This document shows positions 1 through 12,866 of a DNA stretch of 64,000 nt, piece after piece. Made by a program: the position numbers and the translations under genes. Source of the DNA: Octopus sinensis (Eukaryota); the NCBI RefSeq assembly GCF_006345805.1, contig NC_043000.1, forward strand, positions 119,598,001 through 119,662,000. Direction: 5' to 3'. Every line of letters starts with the position of its first letter. The first letter of the stretch is position 1. Below the pieces are notes generated by a model. It ran no database searches, was not told where the DNA came from, and saw only the letters and a program-made list of their open reading frames with translations.

Positions 1-854
1 CGTGCAGGTGGCACGTAAAAAGCACCCACTACACTCTCGGAGTGGTTGGCGTTAGGAAGGGCATCCAGCTGTAGAAACTCTGCCAGATCAAGACTGGAGC
101 CTGGTGCAGCCATCTGGTTGCCAGCCCTCAGTCAAAACCGTCCAACCCATGCTAGCATGGAAAACGGACGTTAAATGATGATGATGATGACATAAAAATA
201 ATAATATAAGAAAGAGAGACAAGATCAGGTTGAGAAAGTTTTACATTGGGAGCTTCATCAAAAATGGGAGTCTGACGCAGAAAGTACATGGGGGATAGTA
301 GATTAAATCAACTCCATTTCCTGACTGGAACTGTGTACTGGTATTTCTTGATTGGTAGGCGTGGACGTCTACCATAAGATGGTTGGTTTTGAATATACTA
401 ACTATTTAACCAGGTAGAAATAACGACAAGACCTCACCTCAAATTACAGCCAACAACTTAAAAAAAAAAAACAGAAATGCATTGAATAATATCATCCTAG
501 ACACATAAAAATAGATGAGACAGTCATGGTTGGATTGCTTTTGATCTTAGGTCAGTTTGACTAGGTCTGCCTAGGGCATGAGTGCAGATGCAGCAGCATA
601 GACAAAAAGTTTAGTCAGTAATGGCATGTTTCTGGTTTACTGTAAGGGACTTAGGGCTACTATAGCTTTGAGTCAGCTAAAGATTTCTGAATGGAATTTA
701 GGTAAAGGAAAACTAAGTGGAGGCCTGATATTTGGGTTGTTTCTGTTCTGGAATGGTAGACTTTATCTGTCATTTACTTCAACCCAACTACTTGAGCCAT
801 ATGTAGTTTTAGCAACTGTTTCGACCCTGTGCTTGAGGAGATCTATTGAGTCAA

Positions 855-1207
855 GTACATCAAAATCAATGGAAACTGTAGTTGTGATCCCTGGGCCGGT
901 AGCACGTAAAAAGCACCATCCGAACGTGGCTGATGCCAGCGCTGCTTTGACTGGCTTCTGTGCCAGTGGCACGTAAAAAGCACCAATCCGATCGTGGTCA
1001 TTGCCAGCCTCGCCTGGCACCTGTGCCGGTGGCATGTAAAAAGCACCCACTATACTCACAGAGTGGTTGGCGTTAGGAAGGGCATCCAGCTGTAGAAACA
1101 CTGCCAGATCAGACTGGAGCCTGGTGCAGCCTCCTGGCTTCCCAGATCCCCGGTCGAACCGTCCAACCCATGCTAGCATGGAGAACGGACGTTAAACGAT
1201 GATGATG
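855..1207 (+). mobile_element. SINE-like family A (internal GGTGGCACGTAAAAAGCACC repeats, (GAT)n tail)
   Basis: Shared core CACTACACTC..GGTTGGCGTTAGGAAGGGCATCCAGCTGTAGAAAC..GGACGTTAAACGATGATGATG. Copies at about 1-190, 1706-1968, 4100-4460, 5960-6305, 17495-17728, 22850-23035(-), 25900-26328, 30590-30800(-), 35455-35710(-), 36440-37080, 46020-46200(-), 49310-49800, 52700-52890, 53300-53750(-) and 61340-61545. Confidence 0.85.
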
Positions 1208-1403
1208 TTTGATTTCTTGTTTCCCCTGCTCTGTGGAAAAGTTTGTTCTCTCCTACCAGTCTGGGAGGGCCTGTCCTTTCCTACTAATGAGAAGAAAACA
1301 ACAGCTAACTTCTGTAATACTGTGCAAAAATTTTTTCTTTGCATTAGTGTCAATTAGAGGTGTGGCCTTTTAAAATTATAGATACTGGAAACTGAATGCT
1401 TAC

Positions 1404-1519
1404 AAATGTAAAGATGATCTCCGAGCTGTCTGTGTCGACAATGTAGATAATACCTTTTTTGTCCCCAACAATCAGAAAAGAACCATCGGGACAATATCTC
1501 AAAGCATCAACGAAGACGT
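1404..1519 (-). CDS. KNTC1: KNTC1 third coding exon (beta-propeller region); gene continues off the left edge
   Basis: Acceptor CTCTTTCCAG, donor TTT|GTAAGC. 116 nt completing phase 1: (D)VFVDALRYCPDGSFLIVGDKKGIIYIVDTDSSEIIFTF, aligning by eye to human DTEVDVVGLCQEGKFLLVGERSGNLHLIHV. Confidence 0.88.
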
Positions 1520-4514
1520 CTGGAAAGAGAAAAAGAGAGAAACAAAATAGTTTGAAATATATAATCAGTATGTTTGTATGATTAAGAAGTTTGCTTCATA
1601 ATTGTGTGATAATTCTTAAGTTTGTTTAATAGACTATCAATAGAAGAAGCCTGGTATGGATTTTATCTTGTTTACCAGGAATCAAAAGCAGAACAAATTT
1701 TAGCATTGCCAGTGCTGGTGGCACGTAAAAAGCACCATTCAAGTGTAACTGATGCCAGTACTGCCTGACTGGCTCTCAAGCCGGTGGCGTGTAAAAAGCA
1801 CCCACTACACTCGCAGAATGGTTGGCTTTAGGAAGGGCATCCAGCTGCAGAACCATTGCCAGATCGGATTGGAGCCTGGTGCAGCCATCTGGTTTGCCAG
1901 CCCTCAGTCAAACCGTCCAACCCATGCCAGCACGGAAAGCAGACATTAATTGATGATGATGATGATGTCATCAGCAAACTTGTGGGCAACATATGGCCCA
2001 GTGCTCAACTGGTACTTATTTTATTAACCCTGAGAGGATGAAAAGTAAAGTCAACCTCAGAGGAATTTGAACTCAGAACATAAACGTTTGAAATTTCAGT
2101 ACAGGACCAGCATTGACCCCAGTGTTCATCTGGTGCCTATTTTATCAAGCCCCCAAAAGGGTGGAAGGCAAAGATGATCTTGGCGAAATTTGAACTCACA
2201 GTGTAAAGACAGACGAAACACTGCTAAGCACTGAGTCCTTCATGGTAACAAAGCTGGTAGCTCACTACCTTAATTATAGTATACCGATTTCAAATTTTGG
2301 ACAAGGCCAGCAATTTTAAGGGAGTGGTCAAGTCGATTACATTGACCTCACTTCATCGACCCCAGAAAGATGAAGGCAAAGTCAACTGGTAGAATTTGAA
2401 CTCACAATGTAAAGACAGACAAAATGCTTCTAAGCATGTTACCCAGCATGGAAACAATACTTACTTCTTTATTGCCCACAAGGGACTAAACAGAGGGGAC
2501 CAAGAAGGACAGACAAAGGGATTAAGTTAATTACATCGACCGTGGTGCGCAACTGGTACTTAATTTACTGACTCCAAAAGGATGAAAGGCAAAGTCGACC
2601 TCGGCGGAATTTGAACTCAGAACGTAATGGCAGACAAAAATACCACCAAGCATTTTGCCCAGTGCACTAACGATTCTGCCAGCTCTCCACCTTTCTGGCA
2701 GATTGCCGTCTTAATCAATAATAGAATCAGATGATCAACACCTATTATGACGGTTTTCACTTTTCTGTAATAGCAGGTCGTGTACTGCTGTTCTCACCCA
2801 AAGGAGCCGTTCCCCTTATATTCGTTATTCCTGCTGTTATTAACTCATCAGATACTAAACAGTTTATCTCATCTTTTCCCCACCACTGCACGAATCTCAT
2901 CACATCACAACTGTACAAATCTCATCTCATCACTGTCCCTGTTCTCACTACAGACAATGACCAGCAAAGCTTCAGACTGAACACTAACAGCATCAGCCCC
3001 ACCAGCCTGAAAGAGTATAAGGATTGCCTCTTTACCTTTGGAAACATACTGATGATGAGGACAGAGTGACAGTAAAGTTCTGTGTGGTGGAAGTAGGTGA
3101 TATTTTGAATCAGTAGGTGATATTTTGAAAATAAAGAGATTGTTACTCTCTTTTACTTGTTTCAGTCATTTGACTGCGGCCATGCTGGAGCACCGCCTTT
3201 AGTCAAGCAAATCGACACCGGGACTTATTCTTTGTAAGCCCAGTACTTATTCTATTGGTCTCTTTTGCCGAACCGCTAAGTGACGGGGACGTAAACACAC
3301 CAGCATCGGTTGTCAAGCAATGCTAGGAAGACAAACACAGACACACAAACACATACATACACACATATATATATATACACATATATACGACAGGCTTCTT
3401 TCAGTTTCCGTCTACCAAATCCACTCACAAGGCATTGGTCGGCCCGGAGCTATAGCAGAAGACACTTGCCCAAGATGCCACGCAGTGGGACTGAACCTGG
3501 AACCATGTGGTTGGTTAGCAAGCTACTTACCACACAGCTACTCCTGCACCTGTTGGGTATAATAATAATTATTCCATCTTCAGGCTCAAGGTCTGAAATT
3601 TTGCAGAAGGGGGATAGTCAATAACACTGACTACCGAGCTCCACTAGTATTTATTCCATCAACCATGAAAGGATGTAAGGGCAAAGTGGATCTTGGTGAA
3701 TTTGAACTCAGAATGTAAAGATGGACGGAATGCTGCCGAGCATTCAATCAGGCGTGCTAATGATTCTGCCAGCTCACTGCCTTAATTAATAGTAAGAAAA
3801 AGAAGAACCCTTTCTACAGAAGGCCTGAAATTTAGGCAGGGAGGGGACTAGTCGATCATATCAACCTTGAAAGGATGAAAGGCAAAGTTGACTTTTGTGG
3901 GAATTTGAACTCTGAATGTAGCAACAGGTGAATAACCACTAGGCATTTTGTCCAGCGTGCTAATGATTCTGTCAGCTCACCACCTTAATAATAATAATCC
4001 TTTCTATTATAGGTATAAGGCCTGATATTTTGAGGTCGGGGACAACACCTCTAACAACTAAGCAACTTGCCTCCACGGTTTTATAGTAATGAGTCAAGTA
4101 CATCAACATCAAAATAAATATCAAATGGAAATTGTAGTTGTGATACCTGTGCTGGTGGCCTGTAAAAAGCACTATCCAAACGTGGCTGATGCCAGCACTG
4201 CCTTGACTGGCTTCTGTGTCGGTGGCACCTAAAAAAGCACCAACCGATCGTGGCCGCTGCCAGCCTCCCCTGGCACGCAAAAAGCACCTACTACACTCAC
4301 AGAGTGCTTGGCGTCAGGAAGGGCATCCAGCTGTAGAAACACTGCCGGATCAGACTGGAGCCTGGTGTAGCCTCCTGGCTTCCAAGACCCCGGTCGAACT
4401 GTCCAACCCATGCTAGCACGGAAAACAGACGTTAAACGATGATGATGATGATGATGATGAACACCATTTTCACCGATGCAGACAGACAGTAATAAAAAGA
4501 TCAAAGACACTTAC

Positions 4515-4632
4515 CAAACTTCAGAGACGTGGTAAACTGGCAGTCCACAAAGAGAAACAAATTGTTGTTGACAGCAACACAAAATAAATCACCCAACTCT
4601 TCAGACACCACGTGAGGATATGATTCACTATC
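4515..4632 (-). CDS. KNTC1: KNTC1 second coding exon
   Basis: Acceptor TTCTTCTTCAG, donor TTTG|GTAAGT. 118 nt in frame with the previous exon: DSESYPHVVSEELGDLFCVAVNNNLFLFVDCQFTTSLKF+G. Not in the ORF track. Confidence 0.87.
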
Positions 4633-4871
4633 CTGAAGAAGAAGAAAATAGAAAATGCTTGTAAGCTCAGATGTGGCTGTGTGGAAAGAAGCCTGCTTCC
4701 CAACTACATGGTTCTGGGTTCAGTCCCACAGTGTAGCACTTTGGGCAAGTGTCTACTATTATACCGTTGGGTAGACCCGTGATGCAACAATTCAGCATAG
4801 GGCATCTTGTTTAACTTAAAGGTTATTTTTGGGATGGGGGCAAAAACAGGGGAAAAATTTCAATTATTTAT

Positions 4872-5350
4872 TTAACCTTTTCATTACCAATCCGGCTGAA
4901 ACTGGCTCTGGCTCTGAGTACAAATGTCTTGTTTTCATAAGATTTGAATTAAAATCTTTCACCAAACCTTAGTCACAATTTATGTTCCTAACACTAGCTT
5001 AATGATAATTAAGTTATTTTACTAAATTGTTATATTTAAAATTAATTGTAAGAAACACAGATCATCTCAAAATAAATATGGTAACAAAAGGGTTAAAATA
5101 TATAATAGAGAAACAATTCTTAACCATTCCGATACCAACCTAGCTGAAACCACCTCTGGCTCTGCAGTACAAATATCTTTCTTTTCTTAAGATTTGAATT
5201 AAAATCTTCCACCAAACCTTAGTCACAATTTATGTTCCTAACACTAAGCTGAATGATAACTAAGTTATTTTACTAAATTCTTTGTTATATTTAAAGTAAT
5301 TGAAAGAAACAGAGAGCATTTCAAAATAAATACAGTAACAAATGGGTTAA
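4872..5350 (+). mobile_element. Two adjacent TTAA (piggyBac-like) MITEs of about 230 bp
   Basis: TTAACC..GGGTTAA ends at 4872-5096 and 5120-5350. Same family at about 15838-16076(-), 37946-38600(+), 44900-45035(-) and 45060-45275(-). Confidence 0.7.
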
Positions 5351-6504
5351 GATATATGTAAAGATAAAAAATAGTAAAGCAATAAATACTAAATGGGGGA
5401 CCAATTTTACTGGTCCACTGTTAGTCTATTGAACCAAAATGTTTAAAAAACAATAAATACTAAACTACTTTGAACCAGTAGTTAGCTAGTTAAATTTTCA
5501 TGGGAGATTCAAAAGGTGTAGTTATTGTTTCATATGGGCATGTGTATATAAATGTTTTTATGCTGGCGTTTGTTTCAAGCATGGAAGGTGGACACTAAAC
5601 AATGATGATGTATGCTTTTTGCTTATGTATAGTTAATCTATTCTGTGACTGCTGTGTTTATAGGTTGCCTGTGCATGTGTTTTAGATATCCAGTAATCCC
5701 TCGACTTTTTACGTGGCACCGGCATGGGTACTATTATGTGGTACTGGCATGGGTTCTTATTACATGACACCAGCATGGGTGCTGTTCTATGTGGCACTGG
5801 TGCTTTTCTACACGATACCAAAACAGGTGGAGGTGAGATGAAAATGAAAGAAATAAAGTGAAGGAGGAAAGGAGAGAAAGACAAAGAGGAAAAAATAATT
5901 ATATTTTGTAGTTGTGGCCGATACCAGTGCTGCATGACTAGCTCCCGTGCTGGTGGCATGCAATAAGCACCATTCATGCATGGGTTCCCTGTGCTGGTGG
6001 CATGTAAAAAGCACCATCTGAACCTTGGTCGATGCGCCCCTCTCCGACTGGCCCCTATGCCGATAGCACGTAAAAAGCGCCATCTGAACGTGGCTGATGC
6101 CAGTGCCGCCTGACTGGCTCCTGTGTCAGTGACACGTAAAGAGCACCCACTACACTCTCAGAATGGCCGGCATTAGGAAGGGCATCCAGCTGTAAAAACA
6201 TTGCCAGATCAAAATGGAGCCTGGTGCAGCCTCCTCGTTTGTCAGACTCTGTCAAACCATCCAACCCATACCAGCATGGAAAACGGACGTTAAATGATAA
6301 TGATTCTTTTCTACTCTAGGCAGAAGGCCCGAAATTTTGGGAGAGGGAGCCAGTCGATTAGATTTACCCCAGTATGCAACTGGTACTTAATATATCAACC
6401 CCGAAAGGATGAAAGTCAAAGTCGACCTTGGCAGAAAAAATAAATACATTATACATAAAAGGGTAGCAAGCTAATAAAGAGAAAAAGAAAAAAAAGGATC
6501 TTAC

Positions 6505-6636
6505 CTCATTGCTGCCGGATGATAGTGTCGCAAATGTATTAACTTGGTACAGAGCAGTACCAGTCTCATAACGGGGTCCAAAGTTTATAGTTTCATCTGC
6601 ACCAAATGCAGAGTGTAACTCATCCCAACTCGACAT
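6505..6636 (-). CDS. KNTC1: Kinetochore-associated protein 1 (Rod), first coding exon (exon begins at 6640 with 4 nt of 5'UTR)
   Basis: Translates MSSWDELHSAFGADETINFGPRYETGTALYQVNTFATLSSGSNE, resembling the KNTC1 N-terminus as recalled (..GTALYQVD..). Acceptor TTTCCCAG at 6642-6641; donor GAG|GTAAGA at 6504; 132 nt, phase 0. Confidence 0.9.
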
Positions 6637-7429
6637 TTTCCTGGGAAAGCAGATCAAACCAGTGAGTCACTTTTCTGATATTCCTGCCTCTACGCATTCT
6701 TTCAGGTGTCTGAAGGAATGTGTATCTGCAGTAAATTCATAATAATTCCAAGTTTACTGTAAGAATGCATTTAATAAATCATCAATTTTGATGGAGTAAA
6801 TAAACAAACTTAAGAACCTGTATTAAGTACTTGTCTTGTTTACAAATAAACATGCAAAGATGGTTTCCTTTTTATGTTTTTACCCCCCATTTGCCAAGCA
6901 AGTATAAAATGGGCTGATTTTATCTGGCACATTAGAAACAAACTGGAAATGTCCAGAAACTGGTCTGAAGAATACTTCTCTTTGGTGAATCATTATGTAA
7001 CTATACAACTGTTATATATGTATATAATGTGTATGCACCTTCAAATCAAGAGTTAATGATGTAACTGAAAGTGAATTATGAAACAGCTGTAACCAAACAG
7101 TTATATCTTATTTGCTTCTCACTTCTGAATTTTAATTGCAGGGTATGCCCTGACACATCTTCACCACCATCCCCCTTCTCTTCCAGATAAGGAAGTGTTT
7201 CTTGGATTTTCAGGTGTGTAGCCATGTTAAATTACATCCTAAATTTAATTGATGTGTCCTGACTGCAAGATATCCAGCTAGATTGCTCCATGCGAGTTTG
7301 AGCCTTCAAATCAATATTTTCTATTATATTCACACACACATACATTGAGTTTGGGTTAAAGCTCTTCTCTGATGAGCAAGGCAGTGCAATGAATTGAAGA
7401 TTACCAGATCATACATTTAAAATCTCAAA

Positions 7430-8690
7430 ATAACTATACATGTGAACTCCACTCCTGGACATTGTTTCGTCATAGCTTTCAGAAAAATGGATATTTCTTA
7501 AATGAAATTTTCAACTCTGGGATGTGTGGCACCTTGGGCAAGTGTCTTCTATTATGGCCTCAGTCTGACCAAAGCCTTGTGAATGGATTTGGCAGGCAGA
7601 AACTGAAAGAAGACTGTCACATGTGTGTCTCTCCAACTCCCATCACTACTTGACAACTGGTGTTGATGTGTTTACGTCAGAGTAAATTAGCGGTTGGGCA
7701 AAAGAGACTGACAGAGTAAGTACTAGGCAGATTCGCTTGGTGGTGCTCCAGCATGTCTGCAGTGTAATGCCTGAAACACATTTCAGGTGGTATAGATTAC
7801 AATTATATTGGAATTTGATGTGAGAAAAATAAATAGTAGGGGGTGGGGGTCGGAGAATTCACACACCTCATCAGAATGTATGAGGAAACAAAGTCGAGAT
7901 GTAGAAATTATCCAACTCCATCCCCAATTGCGTTTTTTCTTACATGAAATTCCCACACCTATTTAAAAAAAAAATTCATTAAAAACTATCTATTTTTCAG
8001 AAAGTTATGAGGAAAGAAAGTCAGTGGCGGGGCACATATCTTTAGCTATGCTCTTTTTTTTTAAACAATCGGAAGAGGTTTAGAAATTTGGCTGCTACTT
8101 CTATTAAGCCAAGTAACTACATAAAGGTTTCCCTTAGTCTCACATCATACAAAGCGGAATTCTGCTTCTAGCACGCCATTATAACCCCTCATAACTTCTT
8201 TATTGTTTGGAATTTTAAGAAAGTTTCTGCGAATTTGCATTCTTCTACACACGGGAATTCACACACGATTATGTAAAAAAGTTTTTAAATTTTTCTAAAG
8301 AAAAAAAAAAAACAAAACTTTTTTCGAATAAAAAAATGTTATTTTTTTTTTCGAATATCACAGTTTAATCTGGCTCAAATCCCAGCTATAACCATGAAAT
8401 GTATTTATGGAGAGAAAGATAGTGAAAAACATCTATACGTCAGACCGACAAACAAACGAGGAGGATACGAGGTGGTCGTGAAATTTGCTAAAAATAACAG
8501 CTAAATAAGCCTTAACTAACGCACCAAAAATTTAATATGCGAGTGCATAAAGGCACATTTTCCACAACAAATTCGGTTATAAACCTAATCTACATCTATA
8601 ATACATTCCTGGAAAATTTCATTAAAAAATATCCATTTTTTGGAAAGCTATGACAAAAAGTCCGAGTGGGGGTACATAACTGTAATTATG
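7430..8690. mobile_element. Decayed DNA transposon derivative with long imperfect TIRs, interrupted by a SINE (about 7510-7770)
   Basis: GTCATAGCTTTC..AAAAATGGATATTT..AATGAAATTTTC near 7468-7512 is inverted relative to 8610-8655. Confidence 0.5.
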
Positions 8691-8957
8691 CCAAAAACTC
8701 GATCGAAGCAGGCTTCACAGCTGACTTGTTAGCTTTTTGTTTTCTCAAGCTTTAAATTATTTATCCAAGTTTATGCCAATGGTTCACTTTAGTTGTTTCC
8801 CTTTATTCATTTTGTTTTTAATCATAATGACCCGTCTTTTCGAATTCTGAGAAGATGCCGAAAAGCGATATTTACACGGAATGGCAACTGTTGCTTTCAC
8901 CTCACTTTTCGTAATAGTTTAAAAATATATAAATGTGTGTATATATATATTATAAAC

Positions 8958-9175
8958 GGGTACTACTAGCGAACAGTGCCCCCCCCCACCGGTGCGCGCT
9001 AGCTAGACGTAAGTAGTCGATCCTAAATAATTTTTTAAAACTAAGTAAATAAATTATTTTTATAAACAAACTAAGGTTAGGGTTTAAAAAATTATTTAGG
9101 ATCGACTACTTACGTCTAGCTAGCGCGAATTCGCGAGTGCGCGCACCGGGACCACTGTTCCCCAGTAGTACCCTG
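8958..9175. mobile_element. Fold-back MITE in the KNTC1-PNPT1 intergenic or 5' region
   Basis: GGGTACTACT / AGTAGTACCC ends and a perfect 45-bp internal inverted repeat (8995-9039 / 9083-9127). Confidence 0.8.
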
Positions 9176-9469
9176 TAAACGTTTATAGCTGAAGATTCTA
9201 GAGTATTAAATGCTTCCTGTAGTCAGGAAAACGATGTGTGCTACTTGTAGGTACTTTCTTTGAGACACCCCGCCACCCGGGGAGGTGGGCGGGTGGAAAA
9301 AAAAAACAAAACAAAAAGTGATGGAAGTGGTTTAAAATATAAGAGAAAAATAAATATATTTGAACTGATTAAAACTACCTTTTTCATAACAGTTGTTGAT
9401 CGGAAAGAAAGAGACCATTTAAAAATGAAAACTCGACTGGGATTTAATCACAATGTTTAGATTTGACAG

Positions 9470-9484
9470 TTCAAAATTTGGCGC
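9470..9484 (-). promoter_or_regulatory. Composite E2F/CDE + CHR (DREAM-type) motif upstream of KNTC1
   Basis: Minus strand GCGCC-AAAT-TTTGAA: a GC-rich element 4 nt before TTTGAA. The plus strand contains TTTGGCGC (9477-9484). Confidence 0.55.
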
Positions 9485-10492
9485 TCACCATTACAAATTA
9501 AACGTTTCTAATGTAGACGACAGAGCGACAATGAATGAGTCTGGTATTTAATAACCAGGTTTTATTTAAAAGTGTCATCTTTATTCGATGGCCACACTTA
9601 GTATAGTTACTCAATCAAAACACCCATTTTTAGGTGTAAATGTAACAATAATTGCATAAGCGCTCGCCTATTTTCATTTAACCTATTTATTATTAGTCTG
9701 CTGTTTATTATTTTTATACTTGTTACCCAGCGGAGATGACCTGTTGCCCAAAACCGAAGATTTAGAATAGCAACAATAATCATAATCCTATATATAGTTA
9801 TAATAAAATTAAAGGAAGGAATTCTAAGGGAATAAAATATGATTATTTTTCGGGAATAGCTGCCTCACTTAAATTCGGATTTCTTTGTTTTGGCCGGGAT
9901 TTTTCAAATTTTTGCATCAGACACTTCAAAACAATGGGTCTCAAGTTGTTTCTATAAAAAAATCTTTTTTAATCGATGATTTTAAACGACTGCCCCTCCT
10001 CCACTCTCAAACTTGTTCTTTCCCCCCTCTCGGTTTTGGATTTATAGTTTTCATGTGGTTTTGTATTATATATGAATCATATACATACGTGCTGTATTCC
10101 AATAAAAGTTTCTAAAAAGAAAACACAACGCTTCGCTGTAGGGTGCTTGCGATAGAAACTTAGGAAAGAATTTTGGTCAAACTAAGGGTCTGACTCGGTT
10201 ATAAAAACTTGTTTTGGCACTTGGGTTTGGTTAATAATATGTAAAAAAAATTTAATGAAACAACACACTTTATAATGTAAATAAACATACATGTAATTGG
10301 TCCCAACAAAATTAAGCTAACATGCGAAATATCTAACTACGTTTAACGTAAATAAAATTTCTTTTGCGATATTTCTAATTCATATTTTTAAAAAAATGAT
10401 TCTTTATTACACTTAAGGTAGAAGAAAAATTGAAATACTTCTAAAAGTAAAGTTAACAACTTTCGAGTCTTGTCAAAACAGAAAATCATATA

Positions 10493-10903
10493 CAGGGTGG
10501 CCCAAAAGTAGGTTTACGGTTATCAACATTCTTCAAACCTCTCTTCAGAACACTCTGGCACAAATTCCCATCTCCATCAGTTTTAGTGAATGCGTCAGAA
10601 ATGTAATTTTTAAATTCATTTACTGTTCTGGGAATTTTCGCATAAACCTTGTTCTTTACAACACCCAAAAAAAGAAATCCATTAGTGTCAGGCCAAGTGA
10701 ACACTGTGGCCATTCCATGCTGCCCAGTCTGCCAAACCAACGCTGTGGAATGGATTGGTTTGTCAACGCATAATGTGGAGGTGTTCCATCTTACTGAATA
10801 ATGGTTCCATTTTTTTTATATATATAATTAAGATCTAAACTGTTAATATATGAATACAAAAGAGATAGTTGAATAACTGTAAACCTACTTTTGGGCCACC
10901 CTG
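10493..10903 (-). mobile_element. Internally deleted Tc1/mariner element
   Basis: TIRs CAGGGTGGCCCAAAAGTAGGTTTAC at both ends with TA duplication. Internal remnant F..GVVKNKVYAKIPRTVNEFKNYISDAF resembles a transposase C-terminus. Confidence 0.88.
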
Positions 10904-12128
10904 TATACTCAATGATTTATTGATTAAATATATATATATATATTAGTACGTTTATATATAGTGCGTGTGTTTTTATTGGCTAAACTGGCAAAATGACCAT
11001 TCCGAACTATAACAATGTTATATATATATATAGGGATAGTATTATTAAAATACCACCACGAGTGGTAAACGAATTATCAGCCGTACAGGCAAATTAATAA
11101 AATACATACATACAATATTAGATATGTACATATATACACAAGGGTACTACACGAGTACCTGTATCGCTAAAGATAGAAGTCAAAAAAATACTTCTGTACC
11201 ACCGAATAGTCACAAATCCATTACAGACATGATAGGAAATATATATATACGAACACACAATTAGGTTTATAGAATTCTATATACACTATTACAATGAAAA
11301 AAATCCATTCTTGAAGGAAGAAAATATAGTGCTTATTTATTTATTCCCATTGTTTAGAATTAATCACGAATTATCTTGTAGGTCCCATATTTCAATTATA
11401 TGATTGTTTATCTTCAGACTGACATTATAGAGTTGGTGGTGAGAGGCTAAGACTGGGTGGTTTTAACATAAAACAGAATATTTGGGGGTGGATATAACCG
11501 GTTTAAATGCTAGAAGATTATATACCCATTAATTGAACATGTAATATTGCATTAAATAATAAAAAGAGTTCGGAAAAAGATAATTCATTCGCGAAAGGAG
11601 AAAATACAACTAGAAACATTTGTCAAATGTAAAGCTTATGTATTCACACCATGTAAAATTAATCTTGCATCATTTCATGACTTTGAGATTTCAATGATGT
11701 GATTGTATATTTTTAAAATGACACAATAAGGTAGCTATGAATGACAATATCTGACTAGTTGGAACATAAAATAGGGAGAATAGTTTGGCCGGTTTAAACA
11801 CTAAAGGGTAAAATTAAAGAAGAAAATACCATTTGCTAACTTTGTTAAGTTGTGAGTGAAAATCTATGGTTGTACATGGTGAAGAAAAATGAATGAATAG
11901 TTATTCGTTTTGAAGCCAAAAGTGCGGAAAATTAAATAAATATTTGCTATTAACATTAATGTAGTACATAAGTTTATAATAGGCTTCAATAAAATAATAT
12001 ATAAGGTGAAAAACATGAACTCACATCGATTGACATCAATTGTTGATCTTCAAGAATCCCGCCACATTCAAGTCGCGGCAAAGTCTCGTCACTATAAACG
12101 AGAATCTAACGAGAATTTGCAGACTACG

Positions 12129-12316
12129 ATGGCCGTCTCCGTGAGGCAAGCACGTGTTGCCTTCGCTCGTTTCTATAAACACAGGCGAGCCGAGGTCAGC
12201 GGTTCCTTCTTAATCAAATCATTTCCTCACCACTGTCGATGCTCTTCGAATAGTTCGACGACTGCTTGGCAAAAGCGTAGTAAGCATGGAGAAATAGATG
12301 TGGACATCGGGATGAG
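12129..12316 (+). CDS. PNPT1: PNPT1 exon 1, encoding a putative mitochondrial targeting peptide
   Basis: ATG in strong context (ACG-ATG-G). MAVSVRQARVAFARFYKHRRAEVSGSFLIKSFPHHCRCSSNSSTTAWQKRSKHGEIDVDIGM(R) is Arg/Ser-rich with an acid-poor start. Donor AG|GTGTGT in phase 2 joins exon 2 in frame. CpG-rich region. Confidence 0.82.
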
Positions 12317-12866
12317 GTGTGTTTATATCTATATATCTGTCTGTCCTTCCTTATTTTCTCGTTCTCCACAATATATGTCTATAATAATAATAATTAATTT
12401 ATTTATTGGCCACAAGGGCTAAACAAAAATCAAATTAAAACCTGTAGGGACAAAACACAGGATGAAAGTTACAAAGGGTTTTGTCCGTTTCAAAAAAATC
12501 CGTGTAAAAAATTCAGAGATAACGAAAATATTTAATATTAATAATAATAATAATTTCTCCCTGGTTGTATCAAACCCTTAAACCAAATGAATCTCCGATA
12601 CCGTTTCCATTACCTGTCTATATTATTTCTTGGAGCGGCATGCGTGTCACAACGTCCGTCCATGTCTCGTAGAAGGAATCTTGTTTGTTGTCATTGCTAT
12701 GTTCAATGACATTGCCACCGGCTTTTTTTTTTCCTTTACGAAAATAAAATCTATCGTTTTAAACTTTTCAATTAAATGTTGTGCTGCGAAATATGTTAAT
12801 TGAATATCATTTAAAGGGGCTTTTTTAAAACTTGGCTTTCAATTAAGTTTTTATTCTTTAATTTGA

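Noticed and set aside
218-290. RQDQVEKVLHWELHQKW, like the non-LTR 'RHD.VAK.LHWEL' region
   Set aside because: Too short to call confidently.
1256-1310. Possible next KNTC1 exon (AG..GT, 55 nt)
   Set aside because: Weak sites, and the translation KLAVVFFSLVGKDRPSQT does not resemble KNTC1.
7365-7400. CTGATGAGCA..TGC
   Set aside because: No GAAA after the putative stem II.
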